Source of the DNA: an uncultured virus (IMG/VR IMGVR_UViG_3300018421_000009)
Taxonomy: Duplodnaviria > Heunggongvirae > Uroviricota > Caudoviricetes
IMG/VR virus record: IMGVR_UViG_3300018421_000009
DNA length: 64,000 bases
Direction: 5' to 3' (one strand)
Shown: one piece after another, positions 28,059 through 38,300 of the stretch
Position numbering within the stretch: the first letter of the stretch is position 1
Layout of the letters: each line of letters begins with the position of its first letter
Position numbers and translations under genes: made by a program
Notes under the pieces: generated by a model
Databases searched by the model: none
What the model saw: only the letters and a program-made list of their open reading frames with translations
Told to the model about the DNA's origin: nothing

Positions 28059-28991
28059 TTATGCTAGGTTGTTTGTGGTTGCGTATGCTGGAGTAGAAAG
28101 AGAAACATTAGCACCAGTAGGCAGTCTTTCGCCTACAACACTTTCTAGTGTACCTGTTACGCTTTCGTCAATTGGGTTAATTGCACCGTCATTGTTTGAG
28201 TCGCCTGCGTCATCGCCTGCGTCATCATCACGGAATTGAATTGTAAATTGTAGTTGTAGGGCACTAAGTTCTTTAACTTTAATGTTGTAATCGTTTTCTG
28301 CATATACGCCCGAACCGTCTTTTTGGAATACTAATTGATCTGTACTAGTTATATCAAAATTTCCAAGATTGAAACTTGTGCCTGGTGAAGTACCATTTGA
28401 TGTACAAGTTTGTGCTTTAAAACTTACTACTCCCATTTGAGAAAGTAAGTTATTCCAGTCATTGTTTTTACCGTTTGAAACATCTGGATCTAAATCTGCT
28501 GTAAAACGAATTTCGCCGCCGGCATTAAAAAAGTGTCTACGTGCATCTGCACTTGGCCATGTTACTGTAACAATATGGTCAACAACACCTGCCCATGATG
28601 CAGTTCTTGTTGATGCTACTTTTGAAGCAGTAATTGTGCTCTGTGATGTATCAGCAGTATAAATTAAGTCTTTGTCGTCAACAATAGTATCAGCAAGTGC
28701 TTCGTACTGTACAATACCACGTGCTGTACCTGTATCGGAACTGTCTTCTTCAATTACGTTACCTACAGAAACAGTAGCAATTGATTGAGGAACACTACCA
28801 ACTTGGTGTACTCTACATTTGACCATGTCAGTATATAAGTCTGACATATGTTGAGAGTCAATAACAGTTTCAGCGGCTACTTGAGAACTTGTTAAAGTTT
28901 GTCCATAACCTTGTTCGCCACTACCGTTGCCTAAAATATTAGCAACTTTGGCTTGTAAATCGTTATATCTTGCCGCTGTAATAATTGCCAT
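28059..28991 (-). CDS. Putative virion structural protein (tail/fibre-associated)
   Basis: Thr/Ser/Gly/Asp-rich; GYGQT and ARRHFFNAGGEIRF motifs; directly downstream of the fibre genes. Confidence 0.6.
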   Translation of the reverse strand: MAIITAARYNDLQAKVANILGNGSGEQGYGQTLTSSQVAAETVIDSQHMSDLYTDMVKCRVHQVGSVPQSIATVSVGNVIEEDSSDTGTARGIVQYEALADTIVDDKDLIYTADTSQSTITASKVASTRTASWAGVVDHIVTVTWPSADARRHFFNAGGEIRFTADLDPDVSNGKNNDWNNLLSQMGVVSFKAQTCTSNGTSPGTSFNLGNFDITSTDQLVFQKDGSGVYAENDYNIKVKELSALQLQFTIQFRDDDAGDDAGDSNNDGAINPIDESVTGTLESVVGERLPTGANVSLSTPAYATTNNLA

Positions 28992-29005
28992 TTTCTACTT
29001 CTTCC

Positions 29006-30484
29006 TTATACTTTTAGAACTGCTTCTACTAGTTTTTCTTCATGTCTATCGTTTGACTCTAATGCAACACCAACTAAATCACCTTCATTGGCTTTTTGTG
29101 CTGTACCATTAGGACCTGCATATAACTTGTCACCTTTATTAACTGGACCAATTACTCTTACAGGAACTCGACCTTTTAGTGCAACTGCTTGGCCTTCTGC
29201 CTCAGCATTCATTAAGAATGCAGGTTTGCCAGAAATAACACCAATTGGTGTGTCATCAATACCACAAGCATCAACTTCGTGTGCATCGTGATTGCAAACT
29301 GAAACAATAGTACCAACTGGTAATTCTTCGCCAGTAGTATATTTTTCTGCTAAGTCAGCGTAACGTGCTTCTGTAGCAACACCTTGGAATAGGTTTGCCG
29401 ATAAGTTACCTGAACTGTCACGAACTGCTACTGTGTCATTAGTAGCACTTGTACTTGCAGTTCTATTGTTTTGTCCAACAACCATTGCGTTGGCTGATGT
29501 TGCTGTACCGTTAAATGTAGTAGCATGAATATTTGCCCATTTAGTGTTTGCACTACCTAAATTGTAGGTATTGTTAGCACCTGGTAAAATACCTTCTGCT
29601 TTAATTTGTACTGACTCTGTTGATTGTGCTTGTGCATTATCAACTTTAAATCTAATTACTGTACCAACTTCGTTTGAAATAACTGCTTGGTTGTCGTTTT
29701 CAATAGCAACTTTTAAATCGTTTGAGTTACCAACTGTAAAGCCTGCATCTGAAAATCTTACAATTTCAGTAAATGATGATTCTTGTCCTGGAATTGATAC
29801 AACATACTCACTAGCATCTCTACCACCAAGTTTATCAGAGTCTGTAGCAGTACCCCACCATCTGTGTGCAGTGGATGTAACACCTTGCTGTGCATTAGTT
29901 GTATTCTTTAGGGTCATACCTCTATGTACTACGTCAAATCCTGTAATGGCATTGTCGGGGTCGGATGAGTCAATAGTAAAGTCTGAAGCCGAAAGTACAA
30001 CAACTACTTCGTCGTTAACAGTACCTTTGATAACTGTTCTTTGCGTTTGAGCAATATCTCTAATAGTATCAGTGATCCACGATGTAACTGTGCTACCTTG
30101 AGATTGTGGACCAATTAATATAAATCCTGCACCAGTGTTTGCATACAACTGATTGTTTTGATTATCCCACCAAAAATCACCTTCTGTTAAACCCGAAGGC
30201 TGTGTAGCACTTACTTCTGCACCACCTGTTGTACGGAACTTAGTACCGTCATAAAATTTTAATTTGCTAGTACCGGCGTCAAACCAAATTTGACCTCGGA
30301 TTGCTCTGCTTGGCTGATTAGCACTAGAAAAGTTTTCTAGTAGGTGAACAAAGTTTTCGTTTTGTATTTCACCGTAACCAGCGTAGTTTTTACCAACTAG
30401 TTTAAGGTCGGTAGTCTGGTCGATAGTACCGTCTTCGACTACTGAAATCTGCGAACCGTCGGTTTTGTTAATAATGTATGCCAT
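29006..30484 (-). CDS. Tail fibre/baseplate protein with C-terminal intramolecular-chaperone (peptidase G2-like) domain
   Basis: Shared N-terminus MAYIINKTDG..LVGKNYAGYGE..NENFVHLLENF..GQIWFD; C-terminal YADLAEKY...GVIS..PAFLMN...ALKGRVPVRV. Confidence 0.7.
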   Translation of the reverse strand: MAYIINKTDGSQISVVEDGTIDQTTDLKLVGKNYAGYGEIQNENFVHLLENFSSANQPSRAIRGQIWFDAGTSKLKFYDGTKFRTTGGAEVSATQPSGLTEGDFWWDNQNNQLYANTGAGFILIGPQSQGSTVTSWITDTIRDIAQTQRTVIKGTVNDEVVVVLSASDFTIDSSDPDNAITGFDVVHRGMTLKNTTNAQQGVTSTAHRWWGTATDSDKLGGRDASEYVVSIPGQESSFTEIVRFSDAGFTVGNSNDLKVAIENDNQAVISNEVGTVIRFKVDNAQAQSTESVQIKAEGILPGANNTYNLGSANTKWANIHATTFNGTATSANAMVVGQNNRTASTSATNDTVAVRDSSGNLSANLFQGVATEARYADLAEKYTTGEELPVGTIVSVCNHDAHEVDACGIDDTPIGVISGKPAFLMNAEAEGQAVALKGRVPVRVIGPVNKGDKLYAGPNGTAQKANEGDLVGVALESNDRHEEKLVEAVLKV

Positions 30485-30509
30485 AGTTAAAAACCCCTTT
30501 TATTGTTTG

Positions 30510-30517
30510 TATTTATC
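30510..30517 (-). promoter_or_regulatory. Putative late promoter GATAAATA
   Basis: Intergenic; upstream of an AGGGG SD and ATG 30484. Confidence 0.65.
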
Positions 30518-30518
30518 G

Positions 30519-32636
30519 TCATACCGCTGAGTTTGCACCGCTTGTAAATGTCCAAGCACCCCCGTTTACTGTGCAAGTAACGACATATCTGTTAACTGTT
30601 AGTGTTACCGATCCAGTTACATCACTAAATTCTACGTCTTTTAGCACATCTTCGTTTTCTTGGCCGACTTCTGTAACACGTTGCGTAGTACCACTTGAAG
30701 CATCGTAAGCAAATGCACCATCAGTACTAGTGTTTGCTGACACTTCTATTTCAGTTGAACTAACAATTCTGTCAATATTCCATGTTCCATTTAAGTTTGC
30801 CCATGCTGTTCCTGTATTATATGTTGCTCCTGCGATAATTACGCTACGGCCTGCATCATATCCGTGAACTGCATCTAATTGTAAAATAGTTGTAACACCT
30901 GTTGTTACACCTATAATTGTTCTTGTTGATACTGTAACAGTTTTATCAACTGATACTGTACTTTCTTCTAGTGCATTATTCATGTCTGCCGCCGATAGAG
31001 TTGCTACTGCCGCCGTTTGGTCTGTAGCATGAATCTTTGCTTGGCTTCCATTTTTCTTAGTACTTGCTGGAACAATTTCTTCTAGCAATGTAGTAATATT
31101 ATTTGCAAATGTGGTACCACCATTTTGATTAGGATCATAACCTAATCCAGTGATATTCAATGCCATAACAACACCTTCGTTATCAATCGAATCGTCAACA
31201 TATTTTTTAGTTGCCGCATCAGCATCAACTGTTGGTGTGCCTAGATTTGTAATTCTATTGTTTAATACACTAATTTCATTTGTTGAACTTGTTAATTGAA
31301 GTTCATTAGTAGTTGTACTAATTGTTGGTCCGTTAATATTAACATTGTCAACTTGTAGTTCTGTTAGTGTTCCAACTGTTTGTAAATCAGGTGCGTCAAT
31401 AATATGATTAAGTGTTGGAACAGCAGGACTACCTGCCATTGAAACCATTGTGTTACCGTTAAACTTGTAACCTTGTGTTGAATCATAATATGTATTTGTT
31501 GTAAATGCGTTTGTTGCATTCTTCCATAAAAACTCTTTATCATTAGGTGTTGAACGAACAATAATACCTGCGTTATCAACTTGAGCATCTGTTAACAATG
31601 TACTATCAGATGCTAGTGCAAGTTCAATATTAATATCTTTAATTCTTAAGTTTTCAACATCTGTATTAAATGTTTCACCTTGTACTGACAAGTTACCTGA
31701 AATAATAACATCACCACCAACATCTAGTGTTGCTTGTGGACTTGAATTAAAAATACCTAAGTAACTTTGAGCAGTATTAACTTTAATTGCACTTGTTGTA
31801 CCGCTTGATTTTCTTACTGTTAATTCAAAGTTTCTATCACGTACAGCATTTGATAACACTGTTTGGTTGTTTACAATCTTAAGAGCAACGTTGTCTTCTG
31901 GTCCTACTGTAATACCGCCATTGTTAATTGTAGTGATAGTACCATTGGTAGTTGAGTTAGCATCAGTGGCCATAAACTGTGATGCATTTTTCTTAACGCC
32001 TTGTGCGTTAATAATTGTATCTGCCGATGTTGCTGTACCGTGTAATTTAAAATCACTATCAAGGATATTAATACCTTTTTCTACAACACCAGTAATACCG
32101 TTAATAGGATTACTTGTGTTTGGTGTAAATCTAATATTAGAAAGGACTGCTTCTACTTGTCCGCCAACATTTAATTTAACAATAGTTCTGTTAGTTTGTG
32201 TAGTATCTAAAATTGTTTCTGTTGTGAAACCACTTGTGCCTTCAGAAGTTGCAAAGTCCGGACCAACTAATACTAAATCAGTTCCATCGTAAAAATATAA
32301 TTTGTTGTTTTGATTGTCAATCCAAAGGTCTCCAGCAACTAATTGAGGTTGTGTTGGACTAACAATTGGTCCGCCTGCACTTTTAAATTGACTACCGTTA
32401 AAAATTTTAAGTCTTGCTTCACCTGTGTCATACCAAAGTTGACCTGTAAGTGGATTAGCAGGTGCTTGTGAATTAGAAAAGTTTTCTAATATTTTAACAA
32501 AGTTTTCATTAATAGGCTCACCAAAACCAGAGTAGTTACGACCAATTAGTGAAATGTCAGTAGTTTGTGTATTAAGTTGTCCATCAACTAATTCTACTAG
32601 TAAGTCGCCGTCTGTCTTATTAATCTGATATGCCAT
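30519..32636 (-). CDS. Tail fibre/baseplate protein (paralog)
   Basis: Same N-terminal module (MAYQINKTDG..GRNYSGFGE..NENF..LENF..GQLWYD); fibre-type DAATKKYVD motif. Confidence 0.7.
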   Translation of the reverse strand: MAYQINKTDGDLLVELVDGQLNTQTTDISLIGRNYSGFGEPINENFVKILENFSNSQAPANPLTGQLWYDTGEARLKIFNGSQFKSAGGPIVSPTQPQLVAGDLWIDNQNNKLYFYDGTDLVLVGPDFATSEGTSGFTTETILDTTQTNRTIVKLNVGGQVEAVLSNIRFTPNTSNPINGITGVVEKGINILDSDFKLHGTATSADTIINAQGVKKNASQFMATDANSTTNGTITTINNGGITVGPEDNVALKIVNNQTVLSNAVRDRNFELTVRKSSGTTSAIKVNTAQSYLGIFNSSPQATLDVGGDVIISGNLSVQGETFNTDVENLRIKDINIELALASDSTLLTDAQVDNAGIIVRSTPNDKEFLWKNATNAFTTNTYYDSTQGYKFNGNTMVSMAGSPAVPTLNHIIDAPDLQTVGTLTELQVDNVNINGPTISTTTNELQLTSSTNEISVLNNRITNLGTPTVDADAATKKYVDDSIDNEGVVMALNITGLGYDPNQNGGTTFANNITTLLEEIVPASTKKNGSQAKIHATDQTAAVATLSAADMNNALEESTVSVDKTVTVSTRTIIGVTTGVTTILQLDAVHGYDAGRSVIIAGATYNTGTAWANLNGTWNIDRIVSSTEIEVSANTSTDGAFAYDASSGTTQRVTEVGQENEDVLKDVEFSDVTGSVTLTVNRYVVTCTVNGGAWTFTSGANSAV

Positions 32637-34711
32637 TATTTTGCCCCCGCGTAAATTAGATAGTTAACAGCCAAGTAAGGATTCATAATATTAAAATCTT
32701 GTCCTACTGCTGTGTTACTTACCACGCCGCCTGAGAATGGGAATTTCTGTCCTGCATTAGTACCAGTTGGTGCATCTGAAACTGTTGCATCTGCATCTTG
32801 TGTTGCACCTGATACATCTCGTGAAACATAATATTGTGTTCCGCTTGGTCCACGTAAATCGTGTTCGTGTTCTGGTAAGTTTTTAACTTCAATTGGTTTT
32901 GCTTCAACACCTGCTGTACCGCCTAGTGTATCAGCGTTTTCGTCTGTTACTCTATTTGCCGGTCCTTGGGTTGTACCCATGTTATCTTGACCTAGTGGGA
33001 ATCTACCACGCAAGTCGGGTAAAGCAAATTTACCTAATGCAGGGTTTGCTTTATACTTAGTACCAATGACAGCATATAATTCAGGCCATTCTGTAATAAA
33101 CAATTCTCTACCATCGCAGAATAACCAACCTGCAATTTCAAGTGTATCTTCGTTTGATACATCACCTGCGTAAGGTGTAATAATACCTACCGGATTAACT
33201 GGTAATGCTGAAAACAAGTTACTGCGTGAAATCTTTTTAAGACCTGTACCGCTACCATTTTCGTCATTAAGTCTGTTAATTAAAAATTCGTCATCAAATC
33301 TTGATGTTGGAACACTAGGTTTATTTGTAACAAAAGTACTGTTTACACTAATTTCAAAATTCTTTACAAGTGTTGTTTCGCCTGGTGCTGTATATTGACC
33401 ATCAAAAATAATGTTTGGTGCTGTAACATCACCACTAACCGTAAATGTTGTTCTACTTGCTAGTTTATCTGAACTACCTGAACGTCCTGTAACTGTACCT
33501 GTTACGTTACCAACTAGGTTACCTCTAAATGTGTTTGCGTTAATTTCTGCAAATTTAAAATCTGTTGAGCCAATACTAATAGAGTTTGTAACATCTGGCA
33601 ATACATTATCACCAATAGTTGTTGGTCCATTAACTTCTAATGCGTTTCCAATTCTAACACTCTTGGCAACACCTAAACCACCTTTAGCAATAATAGAACC
33701 TGTTCCGATGTTTACTGCTTCTGCAATACCATTAACAATTAAATTGTTTGAAATAATAGCATTACCATTAACATCAAGTGCTTCTGCTGGTGATAAATTG
33801 TTAATACCAACTTTTTGTGTTGAGTCAATTCTAACTACCGGCTGTAAGTCGCCTGCATTATTAACTCTTAAATCAATATTTGCACCCGAAGTGTTATTTG
33901 AAATAATAGCGTTCTGGCCTTCGATACCAATTTGCATAACAGCATCACTACCAACTAATACACCTGTATTATTTTTAATTGTTAAAGATTGATTTGATGT
34001 TGATGCTTTGTCGCCTCTTAAAAAGTTAGAAGCAAGTACAGGCTCTGATTCACCTGAAACAATTAGTGATTCTGCTTTCTCTGCAATACCATAATACTTA
34101 GGAACACCTGCACCTGTAATGTTTACGGTGCTCATGTTAAAACCTGGTTTTAATGAACTAAATCCTTGAATAGTTGCTTTAGGTGTAAACGCACTTGAAG
34201 TATAAATTGCAAGAACTTTACCACCAATCTCAACTTGTAATGCAGTATAGTTTACGTTGTCAGTGCCTGTCAATGTTGTAGGTTTAACACCAGCCGCTAG
34301 TCCTTCACTAAATTCTGGTCCTACTAAAATCCAACCCGAACCAGTAAACAAATAAAGTTGTTGGTTATCAGTATCTGCCCAAAGGTCACCTGCTACTGAA
34401 TTAGCAACATTAGGAGCAACATCTCCACGCTTTAAGCCGCCGGCTTCGATCCAGTTGGTGCCATCATATAATTTAAGTAAGTTAACACCAACGTTTGTAT
34501 CATACCATAACTGACCTTCAATTGGTCTTGGGGGTGCTGAACTGTTAGCGAAATTTTCTAATAGTTGTAAAAAGTTTTGTCCTATTAGAGTTCCGTAATC
34601 TGTTGTAAATCTACCCGGAATATTTAAACTTGTTGTAGTGTCAACTGTGTTATCTTCAATGACAATACTACCCTTGTTAGTTATATCCGTGTAATTAATA
34701 GTATATGCCAT
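32636..34711 (-). CDS. Tail fibre protein with phage tail-collar domain (short-tail-fibre-like)
   Basis: Same N-terminal module; C-terminal PVGIITPYAG..GWLFCDG..LYAVIG..FALPDLRGRFPLG..HEH..NPYLAVNYLI. Confidence 0.8.
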   Translation of the reverse strand: MAYTINYTDITNKGSIVIEDNTVDTTTSLNIPGRFTTDYGTLIGQNFLQLLENFANSSAPPRPIEGQLWYDTNVGVNLLKLYDGTNWIEAGGLKRGDVAPNVANSVAGDLWADTDNQQLYLFTGSGWILVGPEFSEGLAAGVKPTTLTGTDNVNYTALQVEIGGKVLAIYTSSAFTPKATIQGFSSLKPGFNMSTVNITGAGVPKYYGIAEKAESLIVSGESEPVLASNFLRGDKASTSNQSLTIKNNTGVLVGSDAVMQIGIEGQNAIISNNTSGANIDLRVNNAGDLQPVVRIDSTQKVGINNLSPAEALDVNGNAIISNNLIVNGIAEAVNIGTGSIIAKGGLGVAKSVRIGNALEVNGPTTIGDNVLPDVTNSISIGSTDFKFAEINANTFRGNLVGNVTGTVTGRSGSSDKLASRTTFTVSGDVTAPNIIFDGQYTAPGETTLVKNFEISVNSTFVTNKPSVPTSRFDDEFLINRLNDENGSGTGLKKISRSNLFSALPVNPVGIITPYAGDVSNEDTLEIAGWLFCDGRELFITEWPELYAVIGTKYKANPALGKFALPDLRGRFPLGQDNMGTTQGPANRVTDENADTLGGTAGVEAKPIEVKNLPEHEHDLRGPSGTQYYVSRDVSGATQDADATVSDAPTGTNAGQKFPFSGGVVSNTAVGQDFNIMNPYLAVNYLIYAGAK

Positions 34712-34715
34712 CTAA

Positions 34716-35330
34716 TTACCCCTCGTTAAAACCTGTTAAACTTTGTACTCTTACTGTGTAATCAATTTGAATAAGTCTGTTTAAAGATTTCTGTACAGGG
34801 TGGAAAATAACGTGTGTAAGTAGTCTGCCTTGCCCTGTAGGTGAATAACTTAAAAGTCCTAGTTCGTCAAACACAAATGCACTTTCTGTATCAGTAGCAG
34901 TATCGTTTGCTTCTTGGCCATTTGGCTCGCCGTAATCTAGCAAACACTGTACTAAAATATCTGTGTAGTTAGTACCACTTACGTGGCGTGTTTCAATTTT
35001 GTTTCTGTTAGGATCGACGTTATTTACTGACTGATCATCAACGATCTTTTTGTAAGTTTGGTTGTATAAACTAGCGTTTGTACCTGTGCTGTTTGGTGTC
35101 AAGTAAGTAATAATGCCTGTAGGATCAACACTAGTACCCCCGTTACCAAAAGCCATTTCGTACACAAATCCCTGGCCTGCATTGGCTAGCGATTCAGCAA
35201 GAGCAATACTCATATTCTCATAATGAATAGCATTGCGTTTATCAATATAAACTTCGTTAGTTTCGGGGTTAAAAATCTTAATATGCCCTTGCACTAACAC
35301 TCCGTTTTTGTCTAGTAAATTATCTGTCAT
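34716..35330 (-). CDS. Putative baseplate/tail structural protein
   Basis: GHIKI..NAIH..MAFGNGG..FDELGL..LLTHVIFHPVQK..IDYTVR, a beta-rich pattern typical of fibre-attachment proteins; sits in the structural module. Confidence 0.6.
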   Translation of the reverse strand: MTDNLLDKNGVLVQGHIKIFNPETNEVYIDKRNAIHYENMSIALAESLANAGQGFVYEMAFGNGGTSVDPTGIITYLTPNSTGTNASLYNQTYKKIVDDQSVNNVDPNRNKIETRHVSGTNYTDILVQCLLDYGEPNGQEANDTATDTESAFVFDELGLLSYSPTGQGRLLTHVIFHPVQKSLNRLIQIDYTVRVQSLTGFNEG

Positions 35331-35348
35331 TTTTGTTTTCCTACATTG

Positions 35349-35356
35349 TATTTATT
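35349..35356 (-). promoter_or_regulatory. Putative late promoter AATAAATA
   Basis: Overlaps the stop codon of the giant ORF; upstream of an AGGA SD and ATG 35330. Confidence 0.55.
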
Positions 35357-38300
35357 TAGGTAAGTCAACCTCTTCTGCTCTTAAGAACTGTGCAATAGCA
35401 TTTTCTGTCTTACCTAGTGTTTTTCCAGGGTCATTCCATACTTTACCAACCCTTCTAACCACTGTTATTCTTACACCGTCACTTGGTGCTGTTACTAGTG
35501 TCAATACACCTGTGCTGACACTAAATTCTGCCGGTGCTGTTACGTCACCTTCTGGCGAGTCTTGATTAAGTGTAGCATCAAACATTGGTATTGCCGCTTT
35601 TCTTAATCGTTTACCGCCCACAAACACTTCAAATTCATTTACTGATCGTGGCATCCAATCTAAGTTAAAGTCTGTTGTTACGCCATCACCATTAAATGTG
35701 TTAACAAGAGTCTTATCTTGATATGGCACTGTCTGTTGGAATCCTTGGTCAAATAACTCATCACCTATATTATGAATGTCCTTAACACCAGTACCTAACG
35801 TTCCTCTACGTAATTGCTGTAGAGAATTGCCATCTTTTACAAGATATTCAATACGCTCGCCATTAATAAACACTACCCCTGGAACATTGTTAGTTTTATC
35901 AGGAATAAACATACTATCACCATTTTCTACAATAATTTCTTTGTCCAATGGTGCAAGATCTCTTAGTAATCTGTATTTGTTAACATCGCCTAAACGCTTG
36001 TAAACTACTCTATTTAACATATCTTTAAATTGTCTAAATCCAAACTTAGCAACCGTTGGACCATCTTCTGCAAATTGGATAACTTCAACTACATCATTTT
36101 CGTTTAATGGTTGAGCCATACGTACAAATAGTCTGTCATTAGTAACTTTGTAATCAACACTCGGAGTTTGTAGTACACCATTTACAACAATCCAAACATA
36201 TTCAGCATCAATTGTTTGTCTTTCAAGTCTAATTAAACCTGCTAGTAAATGATTATACTCAATTTCTCCTGCACTTTCAAAGTTAAGTGTAGTTCTTGTT
36301 ACAATATCATAATTTTTACGATTAATCTGTTGTACATCATGTTTACTAAAATGCGTAACTCTAATAGGTGTAAACTCTGCAGGTACATCGTTGAGTGTAA
36401 CTGCATTTCCACTTACAGTGTATTCGCCATCTGTAGTTACATAGATATCTAATTTTGCTCCAGGTATCTTAACATTTTCAAAAATTTCAATACTAGAGTT
36501 TGCTGGACGGAAAATATAGTCTGAAGTGTATGTAAGTTCTACACCGTTAAGTAATACTAAGATATCGTTAGCACCTAATGTACCACCTGGCTGTTGCCAG
36601 TTACGTAATGGATATTCAACTCTATTATCAACAATAAATGATTCGTTATATCCTGCGTTAAGAATTTTATCACCAACTTTAACAATTAAGTTATGACTTG
36701 ATGGTAAAGAACTAAACGGAGTAATACTTAGATTATAAGTTGCTGTACTACCGTCTGCTTCGAGAACATCAGTTTTAATTTCACTAAATGTTTGTGCGTT
36801 ACTTGCATAAACAGCGTAATTAATTACCGAACCTTCTGCAGGTGGCGCACCAAAACTAATAACAACTTTATTTGCAGTATCATAAGAACTGTCTGTTGTT
36901 TCTAATACATAGTTGACTCTTTCGCCATTAACAGTTACTATACTATTAAGATTTTCTTTCCAATCAACCCTTGTTACAAACTGAATAGTTGATCCGTCGC
37001 CCTCAAACACATCCATATCAAGAATTAAGTTACCGTTACCACTCATTGTAACGATATTAACTTCGTCGTTCAATGCAGGTGCAGTTGCAAATGTAATTTG
37101 TTTGTTTTTATAATCTACTGTATAGTTGTAAATTATAATGTTATTAACTTTTACAAAAACAGCATCCTTGCTTTGTGGCAAGCCTAAAAAGTCATAAACT
37201 TTCTTAGTTCCGTTTCCTACGTAGGAAACACTTTCAATAATACTACCACCTTCACCGACTCTATCAAATACTTTAATATCAAGTGTGTCTAACACCTGTC
37301 CTGGAATTAATTCCTCAGGACCTTTAGAAGTTGTTGGAGTAACAAAACCGTCACCGTCAATATTAATATCTTCTGGATTAATACCACTTGCAGTTGAGTA
37401 TGCTAAATCGCCGCCTGTTATAATAGTATCATATGCTCTTGGATCAGGAACAAAAGAACCATCTGATGTATTTTTACGAATAACTAGTACATCACTGCTT
37501 TGAACTGTAACGATTTCTTCGTCAAATTTAATAACAGTTGACTCAACTTGTGTTCCGTCATCTATTAAAATAAATCCGGTTTGTCCTGCTCCAGTAATAC
37601 TTGGAATAAGTGCATTAGGATTAGTTTGATTAACTGTGTTAAAGTTTGGATCGTCAATACGTGTTCCATTTAGATAAACATTGTATTCAATACCAGTTTC
37701 TAATGGGTTAGAAAAGTCGTAAACTCTAGTGCTATCATCGCCAATACGGAATACTTCGTCTTCGAATGTATTATCGTATGTGTCGTATGCTGACGTAAAC
37801 CAAGCATCTGCACTCCAACCAGAGCCGCCACCAAAGTCAAAACTCTTAACTTGTACACCACCATAATCAATACCATCTAATAACTGACCTAAATCATTGG
37901 CAAGTTGGCCTGTTTGTGGATCGTAGAATAAATTAATTCTATCTGCGGCTGTTAATAGGTTAATATCTTTACGGTATTCAATTACAATTGATTTATTGTT
38001 TGCTGGAGGAGCATCAAATGTAAGTTGTCCAATTTTACGAGAGTGTGTTCTTCCGTTACTGTCGTCAATGTTAGTAACATTATATTCGCCTGATAATACT
38101 TCATCGCCAGCCACTGTTACTGTGACCTTGTCTGTTCTTACATCAATAGGCCATTTAAGTTTAAAACTGTACTTGCCGCCTGTGCCTACAAATGATTCTG
38201 TTTCTTCTAACGATGTAATAAAGAACGTTCCGGTAACTCTATCAAACTTAACAGTCATATGAGTTGTACGTAGATTAGTGTCGCCAATAATTGCTACTGC

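Noticed and set aside
28201..28230. Short tandem repeat (TCGCCTGCGTCA twice)
   Set aside because: Only two copies, in frame, encoding DDAGDDAGD in a structural protein; not a CRISPR or regulatory array.
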